The notes below the pieces were generated by a model. It was not told the DNA's origin, made no database searches, and worked only from the letters and a program-made list of their open reading frames with translations. From the NCBI GenBank assembly GCA_030591685.1, contig JAUVAX010000009.1:1900-65899 (forward strand): 64,000 nucleotides of DNA, in the 5' to 3' direction. Below are positions 19,175-28,366 of this stretch, one piece after another. A program made the translations under genes and the position numbers. Position 1 is the stretch's first letter. Every line of letters starts with the position of its first letter. This DNA comes from Pseudobdellovibrionaceae bacterium (GTDB taxonomy: Bacteria > Bdellovibrionota > Bdellovibrionia > Bdellovibrionales > UBA1609).

Positions 19175-19726
19175 TTAAAAAGAAGAGCCCGGCTGTTTTA
19201 AAAACTCTAGTTCTTCTTTTGTGGAGTGTCTCCCAAGGGTTTTGTTTCTGTGTGGGTACCGGCCGAATTGATCAATAATTTTTTTGTGCTTAAGTTCAAA
19301 GGCCAGGTTGTTTTCAAGGCCGGGTGTCGAAAATAGCTCCACAGCCACTTTATGAATCAGCGCTGACTCACTATGCATGTAGGGCATGTAGAGAAAGCCC
19401 TTTTCAGTGCCTGAGAGTGCTTGATCGACCTTAAGTGAAACGGCCTCTTGTGCCAGCACAAGGGCAACAGTGTCGGTTGTAAAAGCTTTTTTGGAGTCAC
19501 GGTAGATGTTTCTAGAAAACTGATCCAGTACGATGATTTCGGCTAAGCGGCCTCTAGGGGTGGCCCTCCAAGGGTAGAGTTCGCCACTTTGAGCCTTGGT
19601 GTGAGTGGGTTCGAACTTTATTTTAATTTCACTATCAAGGTCTAAACTTTTTTTAAACCACATGTCTGGCGTGAGTGTTTCAAACCAAAAGGAGTAAATG
19701 TCTAAGTCAGTCACTATGTCAGTCAC
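19175..19726 (-). CDS. DUF924-family protein
   Basis: The N-terminal pattern FWF....MWFKKS..LD.EI...F and the 183-aa length are typical of DUF924. Confidence 0.65.
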   Translation of the reverse strand: MTDIVTDLDIYSFWFETLTPDMWFKKSLDLDSEIKIKFEPTHTKAQSGELYPWRATPRGRLAEIIVLDQFSRNIYRDSKKAFTTDTVALVLAQEAVSLKVDQALSGTEKGFLYMPYMHSESALIHKVAVELFSTPGLENNLAFELKHKKIIDQFGRYPHRNKTLGRHSTKEELEFLKQPGSSF

Positions 19727-19962
19727 GGAGCCTCCGTTTATAATAGATGTGTAAACAAAATTATGACTTTAAAATACTGACATATTTTTAATTAAAGTGG
19801 AAATTATAATATAAGCACATCACTTAAACGTTAGTTTATGATTAATAAGAGCTATAGTAAAAAAGGCTTTTTTGCCTACGGGTAGAGAGACCCCGTAGAC
19901 ACTAAATTTAAGCATAAATGCCCTTGTGCTTTGTAAGGGGGGTAGGTTACATTGATTCAGCT

Positions 19963-20700
19963 ATGGATACTAAGAAACATCTTTTAATACAGATCAGGCA
20001 AACGCCTAATGTTAAAGCTCAAGAGCTTAACTGTTTTAGTAAATACTCCGGGCTTTCTATAGATGAGTTCGAAGTTTGTGATTTGTTCGAAAACCCAAAC
20101 TTAGAGGGTATAGACCCTAAAAATTACAGGGCCATATTTGTGGGCGGGGCTAGCGAGGCCAACGTACTCATGCCTGAAAAATATAAATTTGTTTTACCGG
20201 CACAAGATTTTTTAATTCAATGCCTTGCGGATTCAGTTCCTGTGTTTGCGTCTTGTTTTGGCTTTCAGCTTGCGGTACAGGCCCTTGGGGGCAAAATTGT
20301 GCACGAAGAGAAAAATTTTGAAATGGGCTCCTTGCCGATTTCATTAAAGCCAGTCGCTCATGCAGACCCTGTTTTTAAAGGTATAGAGGATAAATTTAAG
20401 GCGATATCAGTGCATCAACAAAAAACCACCTCGTGCCCGCCAAACACTGAGCTGTTGGCCTATACTGTACAGTGTGTACATGCATTTAAAGTTTATGATA
20501 AACCCTTTTGGGCCTTTCAGTTTCACCCCGAGGTCGATAGAGAAACCCTTTTAGATCGCCTGACCTTTTATAAGTTAAAATATTTGGACGACGATAATCA
20601 TTTAGAGAAAGTCCTATCAGCCGTTGAGGCAACGCCTCAAAGCCACCAGCTGTTAAGAAATTTCGTAGAAAATGTTTTAAACCCCAAAAGTACTGTTTAG
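19963..20700 (+). CDS. Class I glutamine amidotransferase-like protein
   Basis: Nucleophile elbow VFASCFGFQLAVQALGG and His-Glu pair FQFHPE. I prefer the ATG at 19963 (MDTKKH) to the track start at 19918. Confidence 0.7.
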   Translation: MDTKKHLLIQIRQTPNVKAQELNCFSKYSGLSIDEFEVCDLFENPNLEGIDPKNYRAIFVGGASEANVLMPEKYKFVLPAQDFLIQCLADSVPVFASCFGFQLAVQALGGKIVHEEKNFEMGSLPISLKPVAHADPVFKGIEDKFKAISVHQQKTTSCPPNTELLAYTVQCVHAFKVYDKPFWAFQFHPEVDRETLLDRLTFYKLKYLDDDNHLEKVLSAVEATPQSHQLLRNFVENVLNPKSTV

Positions 20701-20760
20701 TTCACAAGACCGCCGAGTCGAAGCCCTAGGCCCAGCACTTTAATGTGGCCAAAAGAGAGC

Positions 20761-20793
20761 CTCTTAAAAAATCACTTTAAGAGCCGAGTTTTT
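20761..20793 (+). terminator. Candidate intrinsic terminator after the amidotransferase gene
   Basis: The 8-bp stem CTCTTAAA/TTTAAGAG (20761-20783) is followed 5 nt later by TTTTT. An alternative larger stem, GAGCCTCTT (20757-65)/AAGAGGCTC (20803-11), competes with it. Confidence 0.35.
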
Positions 20794-20999
20794 AAAAAAA
20801 ACAAGAGGCTCCTTGTCGGTCCAACTCCAAGTTTTGACCGAGCTCAGACAGTGTTGGCCCACTAAAATAACGCTGAGCAGCAGAAATTATTATAATTTAA
20901 TTAAAAGTCCCTCGTTTATGCATTAAAAATAGGCTTTTTGCTTGGTGATCATTATCAGGAGTGTTACAAGCTTTCGAATTCAATTTTTTTAGGAGAGTG

Positions 21000-21452
21000 A
21001 TGACACGTTTTCGTGCAACCCTATTTATCATTTTTTGTAGCTTTAGCTTGTCAGCCAATACAGGCGGAGGGGTGCTATTAGAGGTGGTTTTTGACGTTAA
21101 TGAGTCGATCCGCTGTGAAGAGGATAAGTCGGCCGAGGGGCCTGAGGACTTCTCAACGCCTTCTTTTAAGCTTAATGCGACAGAAAACATTTTAGCCCGT
21201 AAAATGCTTATTAATGATTCTGGCTGGGAAGAGGGGCAAATTGAACTGCTCGTCAGTTGTCGCTGGGAGGATAAAACCTACCGCTGCCAGTGGGGTTCAA
21301 GGTATTACTTGGAGCTTTACCCCGAGCACGCTCAGGAGCAAATAGCCCCTCGTGGTCAGCTCAACCAGGCCGTTGTTCGAGGCCTATGGTCGGAGGGTAA
21401 AATAAATAAACCCCCAATAAAAATACTTTGCCGTTACCCACTTGGTCGTTAA
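21000..21452 (+). CDS. Hypothetical exported protein
   Basis: The ATG at 21000 lies 4 nt after AGGAG. Signal peptide MTRFRATLFIIFCSFSLSANT. Several Cys residues. Confidence 0.5.
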   Translation: MTRFRATLFIIFCSFSLSANTGGGVLLEVVFDVNESIRCEEDKSAEGPEDFSTPSFKLNATENILARKMLINDSGWEEGQIELLVSCRWEDKTYRCQWGSRYYLELYPEHAQEQIAPRGQLNQAVVRGLWSEGKINKPPIKILCRYPLGR

Positions 21453-21489
21453 TTGCGTTTATGCGCGCACAGGGTTAGTCTTTTCACCC

Positions 21490-21924
21490 ATGAGCTCTTT
21501 AGAATTTAAACACAGGGAATCCTGGCCCCAGTCAGTCAGTATATATGTTGATGTAGCAAACTATAGTGATTCAGGGCCGGTGAGCTTTGGTCTCACTGTA
21601 CAAGATGCGCCTGGTAATACTATATATGAGTTTGCAGAAACTCTAGAGGTGAAGGGCTTAAGTGAGGCTCATTACTTTGGGGTTAAAAAAGCACTTATAC
21701 TGGCTCAAGAAAAGGGCGTGCAGGACCTCACCATTGCTAGCCGGTCAGAGTCTTTAATTCAAGAGCTCTCCAGGGCCGTTGACCTGACAAGTGAAAGCTT
21801 GAGAGGTGTTTTTGAGGACTGTAAAGTACTTATTTTAACCTTTAAAACAGTTCTTCTAGAGTCGGCGAAGGACTCGGGCCATCAAAGGGCCAATGAGCTA
21901 GCTAAAATGGTTTTTGACCAGTAA
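21490..21924 (+). CDS. RNase H-like (RVT_3-type) domain protein
   Basis: The pattern SIYVD......FG..V......E.....LSEAHYFGVKKALILAQEKGV..LTIASRSESLIQE resembles the type-1 RNase H fold. The start is uncertain (TTG 21442 or ATG 21490). Confidence 0.4.
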   Translation: MSSLEFKHRESWPQSVSIYVDVANYSDSGPVSFGLTVQDAPGNTIYEFAETLEVKGLSEAHYFGVKKALILAQEKGVQDLTIASRSESLIQELSRAVDLTSESLRGVFEDCKVLILTFKTVLLESAKDSGHQRANELAKMVFDQ

Positions 21925-22020
21925 ATATGTAAAAATTAAATTATTTTGTAAAAAAAGTTTAAAGAATTTTCTCTAAGAGGGAATTTCTTGTTTTTTAAAG
22001 CCCTATTGTGTTAAAAAACA

Positions 22021-22380
22021 GACGGTTTTGTGGACAGTCGCTCTGAGCTTGCTCGGGGAGGAAAGTCCGGACTCCGTATGGCATCGTAAGGGGTAACGCC
22101 CCTCCACCGTGAGGTGAGGACCAGTGGAACAGAGAGAATGTCCAGGGCATTGATCCATTTTCTGGGAACGGGAAGTTAGTGGGGAGCCGCTGGAGTGAAA
22201 GCAGCTAAACTCTACGAGGAGCAAGAACAAATAGGGAGGCGTTTTAAGTGCGGCCAGCACAAAGCCTCCGGGTTGATCGCATGAGGGTGTTAGTAATAGC
22301 ACTCCTAGATGAATGACTGTCGAAGGAGGTGGGTTGAGAGCCACTCTCCTGAACAGAATCCGGCTTATAGCAAAACCACT
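22021..22380 (+). ncRNA. rnpB: RNase P RNA, bacterial type A
   Basis: Universal motifs GAGGAAAGUCCGGACUCC (from ~22049), CCUAGAUGAAUGACUGUC and ACAGAAUCCGGCUUAU (22352-22367). P1 pairing of GGUUUUG (22024-30) with CAAAACC (22371-77). The ends are approximate to +/-5 nt. Confidence 0.9.
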
Positions 22381-22402
22381 CTCTCATTTTTTTATTTCAA
22401 AA

Positions 22403-22429
22403 GTGCACTCGCCGCAATAGAGAGTGCAC
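22403..22429 (-). terminator. Candidate terminator for the minus-strand methyltransferase gene
   Basis: Stem GTGCACTC/GAGTGCAC with an 11-nt loop. On the minus strand it is followed by TTTTG. Confidence 0.35.
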
Positions 22430-22463
22430 CATTTATGATTAAGATTTTTAATAATATAAGGAC

Positions 22464-23525
22464 TTAAAGCTCTGGTTTTTTTTGAGCATAGACGACAAGC
22501 TCTGTTCCGACCCTTTTTGGTCGAGATCTCTTCCATCGAGTCCAGTACACAAACTTAAAATCACCTTTAAGCCGTGCATCTATCTCCCACTCACTGCCCC
22601 CAAAAGGTGGGCCCATAGGGGTTTCTGAGGCAAAGAGTATGGCCAGTAGGTGGCCCTCAGGGACAAGGCATCTTTTCCAGGATTTAATAAGCTGGTTTCT
22701 TTTTTCAGGGTTAATGGCGCAATAAAGAGTGTGTTCAAAGACAATATCAAATTGTTCTTTAAACTCACTTGGTAAGTTAAGAGCGTCTGCTTTAAGAAAG
22801 GTTAAGTTTTTTTGATTTTTATAAAGATCTTTCGCCTGCAAAAGGGCTTCGTCACTATAGTCTACAGCGGTAACAATATGTCCGCATTCGGCCAAATAGG
22901 CGGCATCGTGACCACGACCGCAGCCTAAAACTAAAATTCTATTTTTTAACATTTTAATTTGAGCAAGGGTGTCTTTGAGTGCTTGGTTTGGCCCGTTGCA
23001 GTCCCATGGGGTGTCTTTTGATTTATACTTCTCTCCCCAGCGAGAGTGGTCATACTCATCGTGTGGGTTGAGCCATAGGGGCAATATAAACCGCACTCCA
23101 TTTAAGGTGACGGAGTCATCATCAAACTCATCTAACAGGTTAAAAAAACTATCTTGTGCTGGTTCAGATAAAACAAAAGGGATCCCTTTTTGACTGACCC
23201 CATGAAAGCGATCCCACTCATCTACGGTTAAGGTTGAGAGATCAAAAGAGTCAGTGTGGCTGTAGGGCATGGTGATTTGAAAAACAGCATCATTGAGTAC
23301 CTTGAGTGATTGCACAACATAAGGGGCGTCGTAGGCTTCGACGACCGCATCCATGTCGTCCATGCTCGTGACCCATTGGCTTCGTTTTTCGGTCAAGCCT
23401 TTTAGGTTTTCAAAAAGCTCTAGTCCGGCCTCATCGTCTTCAACGCGAACGCCTTGGGCGTTGAAGTAGCCGTCGCGGTCTATTTGTACAAAATTTTTAA
23501 TTTCTTCTATGGGTTTACTCATCAT
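22464..23525 (-). CDS. SAM-dependent methyltransferase (TPMT-family C-terminal domain) with an ~170-aa N-terminal domain of unknown function
   Basis: W..KY.....PWD pattern, then RILVLGCGRGHDAAYLAECGHIVTAVDYS (SAM motif I) in the C-terminal half. The N-terminal half was not recognised. Confidence 0.65.
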   Translation of the reverse strand: MMSKPIEEIKNFVQIDRDGYFNAQGVRVEDDEAGLELFENLKGLTEKRSQWVTSMDDMDAVVEAYDAPYVVQSLKVLNDAVFQITMPYSHTDSFDLSTLTVDEWDRFHGVSQKGIPFVLSEPAQDSFFNLLDEFDDDSVTLNGVRFILPLWLNPHDEYDHSRWGEKYKSKDTPWDCNGPNQALKDTLAQIKMLKNRILVLGCGRGHDAAYLAECGHIVTAVDYSDEALLQAKDLYKNQKNLTFLKADALNLPSEFKEQFDIVFEHTLYCAINPEKRNQLIKSWKRCLVPEGHLLAILFASETPMGPPFGGSEWEIDARLKGDFKFVYWTRWKRSRPKRVGTELVVYAQKKPEL

Positions 23526-23931
23526 TATCGGTAGTGATTCTTAGAGGTTCACTAAACTCAATGGTTTCGTTTTCAATAGTTAATTGGTCAAAGTTCCATT
23601 GCTCTAAATCTGAGCTCAGCGGTTGGATTTTATTTAACAACGCAAACCCCGAGAGCCTTATTGTGGCCGGAGACTTGCCTTGGGGCTCATCTAAAAACGA
23701 ATAAGTAAAGTGTGTTTTAATTTGGCTTGAGTGTACGACTTCGGTAAAAATTTTATGTATAGATAAGTTTTTAGCATGAGGCACATTTTCGGCAAAATAA
23801 GTGGTGATTATTTTTTGAACATCCGCTTTGATAGTGTCTTGAATGTCTAGGTCAACAGAGGTTTTTTCGCTAATTACACACCAAGACCACGACAGCGCGA
23901 GAGTGAGTAAAATAGAGTTAACTAAAGGCAT
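23515..23931 (-). CDS. Hypothetical exported protein
   Basis: 138 aa with an N-terminal hydrophobic signal-like segment (MPLVNSILLTLALSWSWC). It overlaps the downstream methyltransferase start by 11 nt. Confidence 0.45.
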   Translation of the reverse strand: MPLVNSILLTLALSWSWCVISEKTSVDLDIQDTIKADVQKIITTYFAENVPHAKNLSIHKIFTEVVHSSQIKTHFTYSFLDEPQGKSPATIRLSGFALLNKIQPLSSDLEQWNFDQLTIENETIEFSEPLRITTDNDE

Positions 23932-24098
23932 ATTTATCTCCGTAGGGGGGTTATAGTTTTAATAATGAGCTATGTGGAGAGATATTTAAAGGAAACTGAG
24001 GATTAAACTTTGCGTTAATGCTGTTTTTCTATGACCATGATTGAGTTTTCTCTCGCAAAAACGTAAATTAGCTTCCATCAGAAGGGGGCGTAGTATTT

Positions 24099-25706
24099 AT
24101 GCATATCTTAGAGTCATCACTTAATACATCGAGCTCAGAATTCACTAAAAACAAAACACAGTATGCTGAAGTATTAGAGAAATTCAAAGGGGCTGTAAAA
24201 AAAATTCAACTTGGAGGCAGCGAAGAGGCCACTAAAAGGCATAAATCAAGGGGCAAGCTCACGGCCCGACAGCGTATTCAGGAGCTTATAGATCCTGGCT
24301 CTGAATTTTTAGAATTCTCCTCAATGGCCGCAAATGGTGTATACGACAACCAGGTGCCCGCAGCGGGCGTTATCACGGGCATTGGCGTTGTACATGAAGC
24401 CGAGTGCGTGATTGTAGCCAATGATGCCACGGTAAAAGGCGGCACCTACTTTCCGCTAACTGTTAAAAAACATTTACGCTCACAAGAGATCGCTCTTGAA
24501 AACGGTTTACCCTGTATTTACCTTGTTGATAGCGGGGGTGCTTTTTTACCTATGCAAGATGAGGTCTTCCCTGATAAAGAGCATTTTGGGCGTATTTTTT
24601 ATAACCAAGCTCGTATGTCGGCTGAGGGCATTACACAAATTTCAGTTGTTATGGGTAGCTGCACAGCAGGAGGCGCTTACGTCCCCGCCATGAGTGATGA
24701 AAATGTGATCGTTAAAGAGACGGGCACTATATTTTTAGGTGGCCCCCCCTTAGTTAAAGCCGCTACGGGTGAAGAGGTCACATCTCAAGAGCTCGGAGGA
24801 GCCCTTGTTCATTGCGAAAAAAGCGGGGTGACAGACCACTATGCCCTTGATGATAACCACGCCTTAGAGATAACGAGAGATATTGTTTTTAACTTAAATA
24901 AACAGGGCCGAGTGTCGTTAAAAACTCGACCCATTGAAGAGCCCCACTACGACGCTGAAGAGCTTTATGGCGTGATCCCCTCAGACACCAAACAACCCTA
25001 TGATGTTAAAGAAATCATCACCCGCATTGTAGATGGCAGTCGGTTTCATGAATTTAAATCTAATTACGGCAAAACCATAGTCACAGGCTTTGCGCATATT
25101 TGGGGTTACCCTGTAGGTATTATTGCCAATAACGGAGTGCTCTTTAGTGAAAGTGCTCTTAAAGCCACCCATTTTGTAGAGCTTTGTGATCAAAGAGGCA
25201 TACCCCTTGTGTTTTTACAAAACATCACAGGCTTTATGGTGGGTAAAGATTATGAAAACGAGGGCATTGCCAAGCATGGTGCAAAAATGGTTATGTCTGT
25301 GAGTAATGCTCGAGTGCCTAAGTTTACTGTTGTTATTGGCGGATCTTATGGGGCTGGTAATTATGGCATGTGTGGGCGCGCTTTCCAGCCCAGACAAATG
25401 TGGATGTGGCCCAATGCTAAAATTTCTGTTATGGGCGGCGAGCAGGCCGCAAATGTTTTACTCACAGTTAAAATGGATCAGTTGGCCAAAAAAGGTGAGA
25501 GCCTTTCAACCGCAGAACAAGCCACCTTTAAACAACCCATTTTAGATAAGTATGAAAAAGAAAGCTCTTGTTACTACTCAACGGCCAGGATTTGGGACGA
25601 CGGGGTCATCGACCCCGTTGATACAAGAAAGGTCTTAGCTCTTGGTATAAGTGCTAGTTTAAACAAGGCCTGGCCAAAGCCCTCAAAGGGCGTCTATAGG
25701 ATGTAG
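24099..25706 (+). CDS. liuB: Methylcrotonoyl-CoA carboxylase beta (carboxyltransferase) subunit
   Basis: 535 aa. The carboxyltransferase pattern ([28 protein letters not shown]) and the operon context with BC/BCCP, a hydratase and HMG-CoA lyase. Confidence 0.9.
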   Translation: MHILESSLNTSSSEFTKNKTQYAEVLEKFKGAVKKIQLGGSEEATKRHKSRGKLTARQRIQELIDPGSEFLEFSSMAANGVYDNQVPAAGVITGIGVVHEAECVIVANDATVKGGTYFPLTVKKHLRSQEIALENGLPCIYLVDSGGAFLPMQDEVFPDKEHFGRIFYNQARMSAEGITQISVVMGSCTAGGAYVPAMSDENVIVKETGTIFLGGPPLVKAATGEEVTSQELGGALVHCEKSGVTDHYALDDNHALEITRDIVFNLNKQGRVSLKTRPIEEPHYDAEELYGVIPSDTKQPYDVKEIITRIVDGSRFHEFKSNYGKTIVTGFAHIWGYPVGIIANNGVLFSESALKATHFVELCDQRGIPLVFLQNITGFMVGKDYENEGIAKHGAKMVMSVSNARVPKFTVVIGGSYGAGNYGMCGRAFQPRQMWMWPNAKISVMGGEQAANVLLTVKMDQLAKKGESLSTAEQATFKQPILDKYEKESSCYYSTARIWDDGVIDPVDTRKVLALGISASLNKAWPKPSKGVYRM

Positions 25707-25716
25707 AGGTAAAAAA

Positions 25717-26499
25717 ATGAATGTTGTAAACAGTGAAATAAAAAACCATTTTTTAGAAGTAAAGCTAAACCGCCCCGACATGCGAAACGCCTTTAACCCT
25801 GAAATGATCAGCGAGTTAAAAAATATTTTTAACAAAGCAAACGATCAAAATATTCGCGGTGTTTTGCTCTCAGGTGAGGGTAAAAGTTTTTGCTCTGGGG
25901 CTGACTTAGGTTGGATGCAGTCGATGGTTAATTACTCAATGGATCAAAACATAGCCGACTCTAAAGAATTATTTGATATGTTTATTGCTGCAGATAACTG
26001 CGAAGTCCCCATAATAACAAAAGTACACGGTCATGTTTTTGGAGGGGCTCTTGGGCTATTGGCCGTGTCTGATATTGTGGCGGCTCACGAGAGCACTCAA
26101 TTTGCCTTTTCAGAGGTAAAGTTAGGCTTAGCCCCAGCTGTTATAAGCCCTTTTGTGTTAAAAAAAATGCACTCTAATTATTCGTACCAGTATATGTTAA
26201 CGGGCGAGAGGTTTAAGGCTTTAGAGGCAAAAGGGTGCGGGCTTGTTCATTACGTCAACACAACTGACTCGATCGATGAGTACATTGAACACATTAAGCA
26301 TCAGTTTTTACAAAATGGGCCTGAGGCTGTAAGGGCGACTAAAAAACTTTTAAAAACTTCAAGATATTTAAGCTTAAAAGAGGCCAGAGAGCCCTGCTCT
26401 CAAGTGATCGCTCAAAGGCGAGTGAGTAAGGAGGGGCAAGAGGGGCTCGCCGGGTTTTTACAAAAAAAACCTGTGAGTTGGGATTTAGGTAAAGGTTAA
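25717..26499 (+). CDS. liuC: Enoyl-CoA hydratase family (methylglutaconyl-CoA hydratase by context)
   Basis: Crotonase motif LSGEGKSFCSGADL. 260 aa. Confidence 0.85.
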   Translation: MNVVNSEIKNHFLEVKLNRPDMRNAFNPEMISELKNIFNKANDQNIRGVLLSGEGKSFCSGADLGWMQSMVNYSMDQNIADSKELFDMFIAADNCEVPIITKVHGHVFGGALGLLAVSDIVAAHESTQFAFSEVKLGLAPAVISPFVLKKMHSNYSYQYMLTGERFKALEAKGCGLVHYVNTTDSIDEYIEHIKHQFLQNGPEAVRATKKLLKTSRYLSLKEAREPCSQVIAQRRVSKEGQEGLAGFLQKKPVSWDLGKG

Positions 26500-26504
26500 A
26501 TTAT

Positions 26505-27989
26505 ATGCGAAGAATTGATAAAATCGCCATTGCAAACCGTGGTGAAGTGGCCGTTAGAATTATACGCGCCTGCCAAGAGCTGGGTATAGAAACTGTACTT
26601 CTTCACTCTGATGTAGATAAAAACACACTTGCCTTTAGGTTGAGTGACGAAACGGTCTGCATTGGTTCGGCCCCTGCTAACGAAAGTTATTTAAATATTC
26701 AGGCCAATATTGATGGGGCCATTAGTTTGGGCGCTGACGCTATACACCCTGGCTTTGGGTTTTTGTCAGAAAATGCAGCCTTCGCTGAGGCTTGTGAAAA
26801 AAACAGATTAATATTTATCGGCCCCAGCGCTGATGCAATAAGGTTATTTGGAGATAAAATTTCAGCTAAAAACCTCGTCAAAAAAGCAGGAGTGCCAGTC
26901 CTTCCCGGCTACAACGGTGAAGACCAGAGCTTAGACTGTTTACTCGCCCAGGTCGAAACCATTGGCTACCCGGCCATTGTAAAGGCGACTGCTGGCGGCG
27001 GAGGCCGAGGGCTCCGTATTATACCAAATAAAGAGTCCGCAAAAGAGGCCATTGAGTCTGCAATGCGTGAGGGGCTCAGTGCCTTTGGTTCTTCAGAGGT
27101 TTTTTTAGAAAAGTACTTAGGTTCGGCAAAACATATAGAAGTTCAAGTCTTTGTAGACAGTAGTTCACAAGGGTTTCACTTATACGAACGTGAATGTTCA
27201 GTGCAAAGGCGACATCAAAAAATTATCGAAGAGGCGCCAGCACAAGAGGTGCCACTTAAGGTAAAGCAACAAATGTACGACGCCGCCATAAAAATTGCAA
27301 AAGAGGCTAAGTACATAGGTGCTGGCACTGTTGAGTTTTTATATCAAGATGGTGAATTTTATTTTTTAGAAATGAACACTCGGTTGCAAGTTGAACACCC
27401 TGTCACTGAGATGGTTTTAGGCGTAGACCTAGTTAAAGCACAAATATTAACAGCCAGTGAGCAGAGCCTTCTTTGGGAGAAAGAACTTTTATCCCAAAGA
27501 GGTCATGCCATTGAATGCCGTATTTATGCTGAGGACCCATACAATAAAGGGGTCCCCAGTACAGGTAAGCTAGGGTATTGTTATTTCCCAAACGGCGGGG
27601 GGCGAAGGTTTGAGGTGGGCTTTGAGCCCGGCGATGAGATAACGAGTTTTTACGACTCAATGATTGCTAAAGTTATCGTTTGGGATGAAAACAGACCCCG
27701 GGCCATTCAAAAAATGAAAACCACACTTAAACAAACTATTATTTTTGGTTTAAAAACAAACATCCCGTATTTATTAGAAATTTTATCTCATAACGAGTTT
27801 GTAGATGCCACGATGACAACCCAATTTATTGAAAAAAATTATCCAGACTCATTAAAAAAACCAACAAGCAGTGAGCTTGAAAGTTTGGGTGAGTTGTTAA
27901 ATCAAAGTGTTTCTCAAGCTTCTGAGTCTCAACCGGGTGGAGCCGCTCTTCACCCAAGCCCGTGGGTTCACGGTTGGGAGCACTTATGA
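26505..27989 (+). CDS. liuD: Biotin carboxylase domain of the acyl-CoA carboxylase alpha subunit, lacking the BCCP domain
   Basis: ATP-grasp motifs (KATAGGGGRGLRI, EMNTRLQVEHPVTE). It ends ..SPWVHGWEHL without a biotinyl domain. Confidence 0.9.
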   Translation: MRRIDKIAIANRGEVAVRIIRACQELGIETVLLHSDVDKNTLAFRLSDETVCIGSAPANESYLNIQANIDGAISLGADAIHPGFGFLSENAAFAEACEKNRLIFIGPSADAIRLFGDKISAKNLVKKAGVPVLPGYNGEDQSLDCLLAQVETIGYPAIVKATAGGGGRGLRIIPNKESAKEAIESAMREGLSAFGSSEVFLEKYLGSAKHIEVQVFVDSSSQGFHLYERECSVQRRHQKIIEEAPAQEVPLKVKQQMYDAAIKIAKEAKYIGAGTVEFLYQDGEFYFLEMNTRLQVEHPVTEMVLGVDLVKAQILTASEQSLLWEKELLSQRGHAIECRIYAEDPYNKGVPSTGKLGYCYFPNGGGRRFEVGFEPGDEITSFYDSMIAKVIVWDENRPRAIQKMKTTLKQTIIFGLKTNIPYLLEILSHNEFVDATMTTQFIEKNYPDSLKKPTSSELESLGELLNQSVSQASESQPGGAALHPSPWVHGWEHL

Positions 27990-28366
27990 AGTGGCTAGAG
28001 GTTCAGTGGGGCGGCAAGCTCACACGCATCCCTGTTGAAAAGCGACACGGTAAAACTTGGTTTCACATAGATGGGCAAACTCATTGTTTTGAACCCAAAG
28101 TACAGGCGTTAAGGACGGACTCAACGTCTGCTCAGCCAGGCTCAGGGGTTGTTCTTTCCCCCATGCCCGGTAAGGTGTTAAAAGTAAAAGTGAGTCAGGG
28201 TGAAAAGGTTAAAAAAGGTGACGTACTTGTTGTTATTGAAGCTATGAAAATGGAGTATAGTTTAGAAACTGATGTAGACGGCACAATTACTGACCTGTAC
28301 TGCAAAGAGGGTGAACAAGTGAGTTTAAATAAAAAGCTTATAGTTGTTCAGGGGGAGTCCTTGTGA
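27986..28366 (+). CDS. Biotin carboxyl carrier (biotinyl/lipoyl) domain protein, the detached C-terminal part of the carboxylase alpha subunit
   Basis: Biotinylation motif EAMKME. The ATG at 27986 overlaps the upstream TGA (ATGA). The track GTG at 27962 is the less likely start. Confidence 0.8.
   Translation: MKWLEVQWGGKLTRIPVEKRHGKTWFHIDGQTHCFEPKVQALRTDSTSAQPGSGVVLSPMPGKVLKVKVSQGEKVKKGDVLVVIEAMKMEYSLETDVDGTITDLYCKEGEQVSLNKKLIVVQGESL

Noticed and set aside
22003-22344. 113-aa minus-strand ORF from the six-frame track
   Set aside because: It lies entirely inside the RNase P RNA gene. The plus strand carries the GAGGAAAGTCCGG and ACAGAATCCGGCTTAT hallmarks. The ORF is a by-product of the GC-rich structured RNA.
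27962-27985. GTG start (track) for the BCCP ORF, giving MGSRLGAL...
   Set aside because: The ATG at 27986 forms an ATGA stop/start overlap with the biotin carboxylase gene, which is the more economical start. The extra 8 codons would overlap by 28 nt.
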